A stretch of DNA of 64,000 nt from contig CAVTHK010000006.1 of assembly GCA_963734495.1 (NCBI GenBank), forward strand, positions 32,001 through 96,000. The letters are read 5' to 3'. The notes beneath the pieces are model-generated. The model had not been told where the DNA came from. It was given only the letters and a program-made list of their open reading frames with translations, and searched no databases. This stretch comes from an uncultured Spirochaetota bacterium. Lineage in GTDB: Bacteria > Spirochaetota > Spirochaetia > SZUA-6 > CAVTHK01. This document shows, one piece after another, positions 19,499-31,150 of the stretch. How positions within the stretch are numbered: position 1 is the stretch's first letter; each line of letters opens with the position of its first letter. The position numbers and the translations under genes are program-made.

Positions 19499-20734
19499 AT
19501 GCCGATGTCGAACGAGAGCGTGCCTCTGGGCAAAAGGATCGCCGGGTTCTTCGGCCTGAATGCGAGCATGGTCGCCATGATCACGCTCGTCGTGTTCATC
19601 GGGCTCGGGGAAAAGATGGCCGAGCGCTTCCTTCCCCTGTACCTCCTCGCCCTCGGCGGCTCCGTCTACGCCGTCGGGTTCCTCAACGCGATGGACAACC
19701 TGCTGTCCGCCCTGTACTCGTTTCCCGGCGGTTGGGTGTCCGACCGCATCGGGTACAAGCGCGCGCTGATCCTCTTCACGCTCGTCGCGATGGCCGGCTA
19801 CCTGCTGGTGATCTTCGTCCCGACCTGGTGGGCCGTGCTCGTCGGCGCCGTCTTCTTCATCTCGTGGACCGCGATCTCGCTGCCGGCGGTCATGAGCCTG
19901 GTCGCGCAGGTCATGCCGACCGACCGGCGCATCATGGGCGTGACCGTGCACTCGTTCGTGCGCCGCATCCCCATGGCGCTCGGCCCGATCCTCGGCGGCG
20001 TGCTCATCGGCATCTACGGCAAGGTCGCCGGCGTGCGCCTCGCGTTCGTCGCGGCGCTCGCCCTGGGCGTCGTCGGCATCCTGTGCGTCCAGCTCCTGAT
20101 GAAGGACGAGACGAAAAAGAAGAAGGCGGCCTCCGGCAGCCTCCTCGCGAGCCTTCGGGGCATCAGCCCCGCCCTTCGCAACCTCCTCGTGTCGGACATC
20201 CTCATCCGGTTCGCCGAGCAGATCCCGTACGCGTTCGTCGTCGTGTGGGTCGTCGAGAACAACGGCCTGAGCGCGCTCGAGTTCGGCGTGCTCACGACGG
20301 TCGAGATGGTCACCGCGATGCTGGTCTACATCCCGGTGGCGTACCTGGCGGACCGGTCGACCAAGAAGCCCTTCGTGCTGATCACCTTTGGCTTCTTCAC
20401 GCTGTTCCCGCTGGTGCTGCTCGGGTCGCGCACGTTCCCGATGCTCGTCCTCGCGTTCGTGATCCGCGGCCTCAAGGAGTTCGGGGAGCCGACGCGCAAG
20501 GCGCTCATCATGGACCTCGCCCCCGAGGACGCGAAGGCCCTGACGTTCGGCGCGTACTACCTCGTGCGCGACGTGATCGTGTCGATCGCCGCGCTCTCGA
20601 GCGCGTTCCTGTGGAGCATCTCGCCCGCGACGAACTTTCTCGTCGCGGCGGCGTGCGGCGCGGTGGGCACGCTCGTGTTCGCCATCTTCGGCCGCAACGC
20701 GACCCGCGCGGAGGACGCACCACAAGCCGCCTGA
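19499..20734 (+). CDS. MFS transporter
   Basis: GGWVSDRIGYKR and AYLADRSTKK motif-A copies, ~12 TM segments; GGAGG RBS. Confidence 0.9.
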   Translation: MPMSNESVPLGKRIAGFFGLNASMVAMITLVVFIGLGEKMAERFLPLYLLALGGSVYAVGFLNAMDNLLSALYSFPGGWVSDRIGYKRALILFTLVAMAGYLLVIFVPTWWAVLVGAVFFISWTAISLPAVMSLVAQVMPTDRRIMGVTVHSFVRRIPMALGPILGGVLIGIYGKVAGVRLAFVAALALGVVGILCVQLLMKDETKKKKAASGSLLASLRGISPALRNLLVSDILIRFAEQIPYAFVVVWVVENNGLSALEFGVLTTVEMVTAMLVYIPVAYLADRSTKKPFVLITFGFFTLFPLVLLGSRTFPMLVLAFVIRGLKEFGEPTRKALIMDLAPEDAKALTFGAYYLVRDVIVSIAALSSAFLWSISPATNFLVAAACGAVGTLVFAIFGRNATRAEDAPQAA

Positions 20735-21190
20735 GCGCGGGCGGCACGCGGCACCCGCAGCCTCTTGATCAGCGGCGATCTGTGCGCGTTACACGGACGC
20801 CAACTTTCTTGGGTCAAAGTGCGCGCATCAAAACTCACCGAGGCGCCATCGCGGCACGCTCCGGTGGTCCAGCCGGCCTGAAGCGCCGCACGGCGGCCGG
20901 CCTCTACCCGGAAGGGCTTTCGCCACTTCGCGTGGCGGAGCCGCGCGCGCGAAGCCTTGTGGGGCGCATCCGACCCGGCTTTCGACGCCGGGTTGTTCTC
21001 GCAGGAACTCCGCCGGCGAGCCGTGTCAGGTCCCGCCGGCCTTGCGGGGAAGTCGCGGCTTACGGAGCGGGCGGGCTGGGGCGGATAAGACCGCGCTCAG
21101 CGATGACGCAGGGAGCTCTCGCCGCGCGATGCGTCGCGACTCGAGAGAAGCCTGTCCTCGCCGATCAAGACACGCTATACTGGAGTCGGG

Positions 21191-21415
21191 ATGAGCTACA
21201 TCGACAGAATCACAATTGACCCGAATCGCCGCTCAGGGAAGCCGTGCATCCGTGGGACGCGCATCACCGTCTACGACGTGCTGGAGTACCTGGCTGGGGG
21301 CATGTCGATAGAAGAGATCCTGGCCGATTTCGTCGAGTTGCACCGAGAGGACATACAGGCGGTGCTTGAGTTCGCGGCCGATCGCGAGCGCCGACTCATG
21401 ACCGTCTCAGCATGA
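21191..21415 (+). CDS. DUF433 domain antitoxin
   Basis: RITIDP...GKPCIRGTRITVYDVLEYLAGGMSIEEILADF..L.REDIQA signature. Confidence 0.92.
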   Translation: MSYIDRITIDPNRRSGKPCIRGTRITVYDVLEYLAGGMSIEEILADFVELHREDIQAVLEFAADRERRLMTVSA

Positions 21416-21756
21416 AGCTTCTGCTCGACGCGAACCTGTCTTGGAAGCTCGTCGCTGCCGCTCGCAGGTGGTTCCCGGGTTCGGAACACGTCGTCGCGGC
21501 CGGCCTTGGCGGGGCGACGGACCGAGACATCTGGGAGTACGCAAAGTCCAACGGGTTCGCCATTCTGTCGAAGGACACTGACTTTCGTCAGCTCAGCTTT
21601 CTATACGGCGCGCCGCCTAAGGTCATCTGGCTGAACATCGGCAATCGACCGACTTCTGAGATTGCAGCCATGCTCGAGCAGCAGCATGGGGCGGTGCAGC
21701 GCTTTGACGACTCGGCCGAGGCACTCCTCGTCATCGCTGCGGCAGAAAGGCTTTAG
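21412..21756 (+). CDS. DUF5615 family PIN-like toxin (VapC45-like)
   Basis: MKLLLDANLS, ATDRDIWEYA, ILSKDTDF, GAPPKVIWL; ATGA overlap with the antitoxin gene. Confidence 0.9.
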   Translation: MKLLLDANLSWKLVAAARRWFPGSEHVVAAGLGGATDRDIWEYAKSNGFAILSKDTDFRQLSFLYGAPPKVIWLNIGNRPTSEIAAMLEQQHGAVQRFDDSAEALLVIAAAERL

Positions 21757-21802
21757 AGAGCGCGACGCGGCGATTTGCCGGACGACAGCGTACGCCCAGG
21801 GC

Positions 21803-25016
<3,214 letters not shown>

Positions 25017-25095
25017 GATGCCCTCGCTTCCATGGATGGAAGCGCCCGCGCGCACATGGACGTAGCAGCGCGCGGGCAGCCTCGAAGCGTGGTCA

Positions 25096-25124
25096 ATGAT
25101 ACCATACATTTGTTTGGTATTCAA
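25096..25124 (-). promoter_or_regulatory. dnaE2 promoter with candidate LexA operator in the spacer (25103-25116)
   Basis: TTGAAT-ACCAAACAAATGTATGG(17)-TATCAT; box matches the lexA box at 12/14. Confidence 0.75.
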
Positions 25125-25208
25125 GAGCAGCGACGGCACGCTCGCGGGCGGACAGCGTGCAGTGTACAATCGGCACGAAAAGTCTTGGATCCAAAAGGAA
25201 GGGAATTC

Positions 25209-25805
25209 ATGAAACAACGGCAGAGCCTCGTGATCGGTGTCCTCCTGGCCGTCGCATTCTCGGCAGGCGCGCAGGACTTCTCGCAGGGCCTCGGAGTCCG
25301 GGGCGGCATCGGCACGGACATCACATTCGGAGGCGTCGCTTGCGGGGTCGGAGTCAACAAGCTCCTGGGCGAAGAGCTCGAGATCGGCCTGCAATTCTAC
25401 TATGGAAGCTTCGAGGAGACGGACAAGGAAGCAGTCAACACCTACGTCGACACGACGAAAGTGACCGCTTTCACCGCTCTCGCGAACCTTCTCTACGGGT
25501 ACCACCGCGGCGAAAGCGGATTCTTCTTTCTCACCGGCGTAGGTCTCGGCTATCTCGGGGTCAACTGGGAAGAGAGGAGCGACACCGACATGACCCTCGG
25601 CACGCTTCTCCCGGGCGGCGGAAGCAAGCAGACGTTCGACGGCAGCGCCGGAGGGCTCATTCTGAACCTGGGCGCCGGATACGCGATTCCCGGCGGCATG
25701 GACGTGCGGTTCGAGGTCCCCATCGTGATCGCGATCGGGGACACCGGCGGAGCGTCGCACATAATACCGCTGTTCACGCTCACCGCCGGATACCGTTTCC
25801 GCTAG
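25209..25805 (+). CDS. Outer-membrane beta-barrel domain protein
   Basis: Signal peptide ending AFSAGA-Q, Gly/aromatic alternating strands, C-terminal TLTAGYRF(R). Confidence 0.75.
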   Translation: MKQRQSLVIGVLLAVAFSAGAQDFSQGLGVRGGIGTDITFGGVACGVGVNKLLGEELEIGLQFYYGSFEETDKEAVNTYVDTTKVTAFTALANLLYGYHRGESGFFFLTGVGLGYLGVNWEERSDTDMTLGTLLPGGGSKQTFDGSAGGLILNLGAGYAIPGGMDVRFEVPIVIAIGDTGGASHIIPLFTLTAGYRFR

Positions 25806-25991
25806 ATCGGGCACGGTCCGCCGTGCCCAGACCCGCGGAAGCGGCGGGAACGGCGGTCAGCCGCAAGTCCGACAGGCTCATGGACGCGGGCCCGCGGACG
25901 CCTGGACGCTGATGGAAAAGGGCCGGCGGGCTGCCGCGAACGGCCCTTCGCCAATCCGGTGAGCCGGAGGAGCGCACTGCTGCTTGCCCAC

Positions 25992-26486
25992 TCAGGAGCG
26001 GGCAAGCAGCAGCTGCATCAGGCGTACGTCGATGTAGCGGCCGAACTTGTAGCCGACTTCGCTCATGGTGCCGACGAGGCGGAAGCCGGCGCGCTCGTGC
26101 AGGCGCACGCTCGGCTCGTTGTCGCCGGCGATGCGCGCGAGGACCGTGTGCAGCCGCGCCTCGCGGCCCGCGGCGAGCAGCTGCTCCATGAGCCGGCCCC
26201 CGATCCCCTGGCCGCGGCGGCCCTGCTCGACGTAGATCGAGATCTCGGCCGTGCCGTCGTACGCGGGCCGGTCCGACCACCGCGAGAGCGACGCCCAGGC
26301 GACGACGGCGGCGCCGTCGACGGCGACGAGGACGGGGTGGCGCGCGTCGTGAAGCGCGAGCCAGTCCACGATCTGCCGCTCCGTCCTCGGCTCCGTGTCG
26401 AAGGTGGCCGTGCTGCTGACGACCGCGTCGTTGTAGATCTCCGCGATCGCCGCGCAATGCTCGCTGGCAGCCGGTGCGATTTGCAT
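25992..26486 (-). CDS. GNAT N-acetyltransferase (phosphinothricin/methionine-sulfoximine acetyltransferase type)
   Basis: IAEIYNDAV..STATFD, SIYV..RGQGIG, NEPSVRLHERAGF, EVGYKFGR. Confidence 0.9.
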   Translation of the reverse strand: MQIAPAASEHCAAIAEIYNDAVVSSTATFDTEPRTERQIVDWLALHDARHPVLVAVDGAAVVAWASLSRWSDRPAYDGTAEISIYVEQGRRGQGIGGRLMEQLLAAGREARLHTVLARIAGDNEPSVRLHERAGFRLVGTMSEVGYKFGRYIDVRLMQLLLARS

Positions 26487-26517
26487 GCGTTCTCCTATGT
26501 CGGCGCCGCCGCGGGCC

Positions 26518-27993
26518 TCAATCCACGTATCCCTGCAGCACCCAGCCGCGCGTGCCCAGGTCGCGGTAGAGCCACTCGATCCGCCCCTCGGGCCCCTCGG
26601 CAAAGTAGTATTCGCGATCCGCCTCGCCGCCGTTCCACCAGGAGCCCGACAGGGCGTAGGGGCCTCCCACAAAGCGACTCGCGGAGCGGCCCGCGAGCGG
26701 CCGCGCGCCCAGAGGCCGCGGCGCCTCCAGGATGCGGCGCACCAGCACGGGAGCCTGCGCAGCCGGCGTCTCGTCGCCGCCCCCGCCCGCGCGCTCCGGC
26801 TCCGGGCGCGCCTCCACCCACGCGTACTGCCGCTCCGGAAGGTGCTCGTCCACCGGCTGCGCCTGCACCACCGCGTCGTTGCCGAGCTCGGCCCGCAACC
26901 GCGCAAAGGCGCGGGCCGCGGCGGCGAGATCGCGCCTGGGGCGCCTGCGGAAGAGCTCCGGCTGCACATCCTGCGCCTTTGTCCGCTCCGCGTCGAGCGC
27001 GATGCGCACGACCGGCGAGCCGAGGGCAAGCGAGGCGAGCCGCAGGTCGAGGAGCTCTAAAAGAAGGCTGCGGCCCCGCGTCGGTTCCGCAGGCTTCAGG
27101 CTCTCCCGCAGCGTCTCCCCGCGCTCCAGGCCGAGCGAAAGGGAGATCTCGACGGCGAGCTCGCCCTTGTGCCGCAGGTCCGCGATCAGCCGGTCGAGGA
27201 GCGCGGCCGCGTGGAGCATCAGCCGGCCGCGGTCGGCCTCGGGCGCGGCGAGCCGGCGCGCGAGCGCGAGCGGCTCAGCCGGCGGATCGGCCTGGATCGG
27301 GAGCGCCAGGCCGCCGGAGGCGAAGCGCCAGGCCGCCTCGGCCTCGGCCCCGTAGCGGCGGAGCAGGCCGCCCGGCGGCAGCCGCAGGAACGCCTCCACC
27401 GTCCGCACGCCCAGCCGCGCGAAGCGCTCCTCGAGCCGCGGCTCGAGGCCCAGCACGGCGAGCGGCGCGTCGAGGGCGAGCCGCCGCTCCTCCTCGGGGC
27501 TGGCGAGCACGCGGGCGCCCCGTCGGCCGCGCGCCGCGGCGTAGCACCCGAAGCGCGTAAAGCCGACCGCCGCCCGCGCGGCCAGCTCCGCGCCCTGCAG
27601 CGCCTCCAGCACCGCGCTCACCCACCCCTCGAGCGAGCCGTAGAGCTCCTCGAGGCCGGAGGCGCCCACCCAGAAGACGCCGGGCTCTTCGCGCTTCGGC
27701 TCCACCTGCGGGCTCGCCCCGCGCAGCAGGCCGCCGATGAGCTCGACGCCCGCCGCGATCTCGTCCGCGGCGACGGGCGCGGCCCGCAGCTCCGGCGCCA
27801 GCGCCAGCGCGGTGGCGTAGCGCATCCCCGCGGCCACGCCCGCCCGCCGCGCCCGGCCGTTGGCTGCCAGCACGGGCGCGAGCGGCCTGTCCTCGGCCAC
27901 GACGGCGGCGGGGTGGCGGCGCCAGGCCTTTTCCCGCCGCAGCAGAAGCTGCAGCGCGAGCTGCGGCACGTCAACGCAGGCCAGCCGGCCCAT
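26518..27993 (-). CDS. imuB: ImuB, Y-family polymerase-like mutasome subunit
   Basis: ARRAGVAAGM.YATALAL.P, LGVRTV, HLPE, SWW..DREYYF..WLYRD..WVLQGYVD; position in the lexA-imuA cassette. Confidence 0.9.
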   Translation of the reverse strand: MGRLACVDVPQLALQLLLRREKAWRRHPAAVVAEDRPLAPVLAANGRARRAGVAAGMRYATALALAPELRAAPVAADEIAAGVELIGGLLRGASPQVEPKREEPGVFWVGASGLEELYGSLEGWVSAVLEALQGAELAARAAVGFTRFGCYAAARGRRGARVLASPEEERRLALDAPLAVLGLEPRLEERFARLGVRTVEAFLRLPPGGLLRRYGAEAEAAWRFASGGLALPIQADPPAEPLALARRLAAPEADRGRLMLHAAALLDRLIADLRHKGELAVEISLSLGLERGETLRESLKPAEPTRGRSLLLELLDLRLASLALGSPVVRIALDAERTKAQDVQPELFRRRPRRDLAAAARAFARLRAELGNDAVVQAQPVDEHLPERQYAWVEARPEPERAGGGGDETPAAQAPVLVRRILEAPRPLGARPLAGRSASRFVGGPYALSGSWWNGGEADREYYFAEGPEGRIEWLYRDLGTRGWVLQGYVD

Positions 27994-28630
27994 GGCAGCT
28001 CTCCCCGCAGCGCCAGCCCGCGCCCCGGCGCTTGTCCTTGAGCGGCCGCAGCTCGCAGCGCCAGCGGAAATCCCCGAGCCTCTCGCTGCGGCACAGCGCG
28101 CGCAGGCTCACGGTAGAGCTGTCGCCGATCGGGCCCGCGCCCGCGAGGCAGAGCAGCGCCGTGTCGTGCCTGCGCGCAAGCTGCGCGAGGCGCGCCTGGG
28201 CCGAGGCGCGGACGCGGGCGGCCGCGAGCCCCGCCAGGTCCACGACGACGAGGCCGAAGGCGCCGGACCGCAGCAGCCGGTCGGCCGCGCGCGCGGCCTG
28301 CGGCGCGTCGGCGACGCGCACCACCGGCAGCCGGTCGAGCGCCACGCCGTTGGCCGCCATGTCGGGGGGAAAGAAGACCGCGGTGCCCGCGGCGATCCAG
28401 CAGGCAGGCTCGCCGCAGGACTGCGCTTCGAGCACGAGACGGCAGGCGAGGGAAAGGCTCCCCTGCCCCGCGAGCTCGGTGAGCCGTCCGGCCAGCGCGG
28501 CCAGGCTCCAGGGCCGTTCGCCGGAGAGCCGCTCCTCCAGCGCCGCCGCGCGGACCAGCCTGAGGAACGGCGTCGCCTCGCGTGCGGAGGGCGTGGACGC
28601 CGATACGGACATTCCGGGCATCGCAGCCAT
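27971..28630 (-). CDS. imuA: ImuA / RecA-like mutasome accessory protein
   Basis: GRLTELAG, FFPPDMAANGVALDRL, AADRLLRSGAFGLVVVDL; lies between lexA and imuB. Confidence 0.85.
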   Translation of the reverse strand: MAAMPGMSVSASTPSAREATPFLRLVRAAALEERLSGERPWSLAALAGRLTELAGQGSLSLACRLVLEAQSCGEPACWIAAGTAVFFPPDMAANGVALDRLPVVRVADAPQAARAADRLLRSGAFGLVVVDLAGLAAARVRASAQARLAQLARRHDTALLCLAGAGPIGDSSTVSLRALCRSERLGDFRWRCELRPLKDKRRGAGWRCGESCHGPAGLR

Positions 28631-28643
28631 CGGCGCGTAACCT

Positions 28644-29270
28644 CTACGTGATCGGCCCCTCGTAGGAGCGCCGCACCTCGAGCACCTTGCCGAGGATGGA
28701 GAAGCGCTCGCCGTCCGACGCATCCGGCACGATCGGCTCGTAGGCGGGATTGGCGGGGTGCAGCTCCACCCTTCCCTTTACGATTCTGAAGGTCTTGACC
28801 GTCGCCTCCTCGCCTGATAGAGCCACGACGATGTCGCCCGGCTCCGCCGTCGGCTGCTGCCGCACGACCACGACGTCGCCCTCGAGGATCCCCGCGTCGC
28901 GCATGCTGTCGCCCTTGACCCGCAGGGCGAAGAGGCGCTCCTGCGGCGTCCGCGACCGGACCGCGAGCATGCCCTGAGCATCCTCGATCGCCGTGGTGAG
29001 CGGACCGGCCGCGACGCGGCCGAGCAGGGGGATCGAGACCACGGGTGCGGCGCCCCCGCCGGCCAGGCGGTAGGCCCGCGCCTTGTGCGGCTCCTTGGCG
29101 AGGCGCCCCTCGGCCACGAGCGCCTCGAGGTGCTCGCGCGCGCTCTGCACCGAACGGAAGCCGAACGCCTCCTGCACCTCGCGCACCGTCGGGGGAGAGC
29201 CCGCCGCAAGACGGTCGCGGACAAACGCGAGCACCCGGCCGCGGGTCTCGCCCGGCTCGCTGTACGCCAT
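28644..29270 (-). CDS. lexA: SOS repressor LexA
   Basis: PPTVREV wHTH, IPLLGRVAAG cleavage site, VKGDSM (Ser), EATVKTF (Lys). Confidence 0.96.
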   Translation of the reverse strand: MAYSEPGETRGRVLAFVRDRLAAGSPPTVREVQEAFGFRSVQSAREHLEALVAEGRLAKEPHKARAYRLAGGGAAPVVSIPLLGRVAAGPLTTAIEDAQGMLAVRSRTPQERLFALRVKGDSMRDAGILEGDVVVVRQQPTAEPGDIVVALSGEEATVKTFRIVKGRVELHPANPAYEPIVPDASDGERFSILGKVLEVRRSYEGPIT

Positions 29271-29281
29271 ACTCGCTCCTA

Positions 29282-29321
29282 TGACCTGGCTTCGCCAGGT
29301 CCCAAGCCCGCTTGCGGGCCC
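29282..29321 (-). promoter_or_regulatory. Conserved two-hairpin 5'-leader element, copy C (lexA)
   Basis: GGGCCC-GCAAGC-GGGCTT-GG-GACCTGGC-GAA-GCCAGGTC-AT-AGGAG-N5-ATG. Confidence 0.65.
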
Positions 29322-29325
29322 GGCA

Positions 29326-29354
29326 AGAATAGCATACATATGTATGGCAGTCAA
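29326..29354 (-). promoter_or_regulatory. lexA promoter with perfect 14-bp palindrome CATACATATGTATG (29333-29346) in the spacer; candidate LexA operator
   Basis: TTGACT-GCCATACATATGTATGC(17)-TATTCT. Confidence 0.8.
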
Positions 29355-29489
29355 GGTGAAGTAAAAATTGAAGGCACCGCGCGGCCGCGTGAGGGCGGCG
29401 ACCGCCGACCCTGCCTTCAACTTTTGTCGATTTCCTGCGTTCCCGACGACTATCAAGTGTTCGACCGGCAACGAAGAACGGGAGGGAAC

Positions 29490-29831
29490 GTGAAATACAT
29501 GCTGTTGATCGTCGCGGCCGAAGGGCCGCGGATGACCCCTGCGGAGAGCGCGGAGATGGCGGCGGCGACCACCGCGTGGGTGAGGGAGATGGACGGCCGC
29601 GGGGTCCGCGAGCAGGGCCACCGCCTGCGCCCGGTACGCGACGCGCGGAGCGTCCGGGTGCGCAGGGGCAAGCTGTCGGTGACGGACGGACCCTTCGTGG
29701 AGACGAAGGAGCAGATCGCGGGCTTCGACCTGATAGAGTGCTCGAGCCTCGAGGAGGCGATCGAGGTGGCGTCGAAGCATCCGGTCGCCTCGATCGGCAC
29801 GGTCGAGGTGCGGCCCTTCTGGGACGAGTAG
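29490..29831 (+). CDS. YciI family protein (DGPF type)
   Basis: MKYMLLI, VTDGPFVETKEQIAGF, SLEEAIEVA..HP, VEVRP; GTG start with GGAGG. Confidence 0.9.
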   Translation: MKYMLLIVAAEGPRMTPAESAEMAAATTAWVREMDGRGVREQGHRLRPVRDARSVRVRRGKLSVTDGPFVETKEQIAGFDLIECSSLEEAIEVASKHPVASIGTVEVRPFWDE

Positions 29832-29869
29832 CCGCCAGGGGCCGCCGAGCTGGACAGCGCGGCAGCCGC

Positions 29870-31108
29870 GTGCTAATCCGTCCGGCAGTGAAAGAGCCGG
29901 CTTCCCGCAGGCTGCGCGCGAGCCTCCGCTCCGCCTTTGCCGACCCTGCCTTTCGCCGGAGCTTCGGCTACTACTCTCTCTACGTCTGCCTGGGGCTGGA
30001 CCTCGGAGTCCTGGGACCGACGCTGCCGGCCCTGGCCGCGCAGACGCACGCCCGCCTGGGAGAGATGGGCCTGCTCTTCCTCTGCGGCTCCGCGGGCGGC
30101 GCCGCGGGAACGGCGATCAGCGGCTGGTTCTTCGACCGCGTGCGCGGTCACCTCGTGCTCGGCGTCGCGGCGCTGTGCGCGGCGGTGCTGATCGCGCTGA
30201 TGCCCCTCGCGCCTTCGTTCTGGCTGCTGGCCTGGATCGTCGTCATCAAGGGCGCGGCCCACGGCTTCATCAACACGGGAGCGAACACTCTCCTCGTCTG
30301 GACGCACGGCGACAAGTCCGGGCCGTACATCAACGCGCTGCACTTCTTCTTCGGGCTGGGCGCTTTCGTCGCCCCTCTCGTCGTGGCGCAGCTCATCGGT
30401 TCCCCGGGCGGATACCGCGTGGCCTACTGGGTGCTCGCCGCCTTCGTGGGGCTGAACGGCCTGCGCATGCTGGCCGCGGCGGGAAGCCCGCGGCCGGCGC
30501 GCGCGAGGGCCGCGGGGGCAACAGCCGCGCCCGCGGCGGCCGGCGGGCCCGCGCCCTACCCCTTTGTCGTCGTCGCGGCGCTGTTCCTCTTCTTCTATGT
30601 GGGCGCGGAGATCTCTTTCGGCGGCTGGGTCTACACCTACGCCGTCAGCCTGCGGCTGGCCACGGAGGCGGGAGCCGCCTATCTCAACTCGGCGTTCTGG
30701 ATGGCATTCACCGCGGGGCGCCTCGCGTCGATTCCGCTCGCCACCCGCTTCAGGCCGCTGCAGGTGATCCCGACCGCGGTCCTCGGCTGCCTCGCGTTCC
30801 TGGCGCTGGTGCTGCTCCTGCCGTCGTCTTCCGCAGCCCTCTGGGCCGCCGCGATCGGGCTGGGCCTCTGCATGGCGCCCGTCTGGCCGACCGGGTTCAC
30901 GCTGGCCGGCCAGTCGATCGCCCTGAGCGGCCGCCTGACCAGCCTCATACTCCTCGGCGACGCATTCGGGGGGATGGTGCTGCCTTCGACCATCGGCAAG
31001 GTCATCGAAAGCGCCGGGCCGCGCTCGATGGTGTACCTGATCGCGGCGAGCCTGGTGCTCAACCTGCTGGCCCTGGCGGGCATGCTCAAGCTGCGGCCGC
31101 AGAAGTAG
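29870..31108 (+). CDS. MFS transporter (FucP/TsgA-like; start uncertain)
   Basis: LGPTLPALA, NALHFFFGLGAFVAP, FFYVGAEISFGGW, FW..FTAGRL. Confidence 0.85.
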   Translation: MLIRPAVKEPASRRLRASLRSAFADPAFRRSFGYYSLYVCLGLDLGVLGPTLPALAAQTHARLGEMGLLFLCGSAGGAAGTAISGWFFDRVRGHLVLGVAALCAAVLIALMPLAPSFWLLAWIVVIKGAAHGFINTGANTLLVWTHGDKSGPYINALHFFFGLGAFVAPLVVAQLIGSPGGYRVAYWVLAAFVGLNGLRMLAAAGSPRPARARAAGATAAPAAAGGPAPYPFVVVAALFLFFYVGAEISFGGWVYTYAVSLRLATEAGAAYLNSAFWMAFTAGRLASIPLATRFRPLQVIPTAVLGCLAFLALVLLLPSSSAALWAAAIGLGLCMAPVWPTGFTLAGQSIALSGRLTSLILLGDAFGGMVLPSTIGKVIESAGPRSMVYLIAASLVLNLLALAGMLKLRPQK

Positions 31109-31150
31109 CCGCGGCGCGGGTCATGCCGAAACGCCCGGCGAGACCCTCCC

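Noticed and set aside
21018-21062. SRP RNA (TGTCAGGTCC resemblance)
   Set aside because: It lacks the GGAA tetraloop and the AGCAG strand of helix 8.
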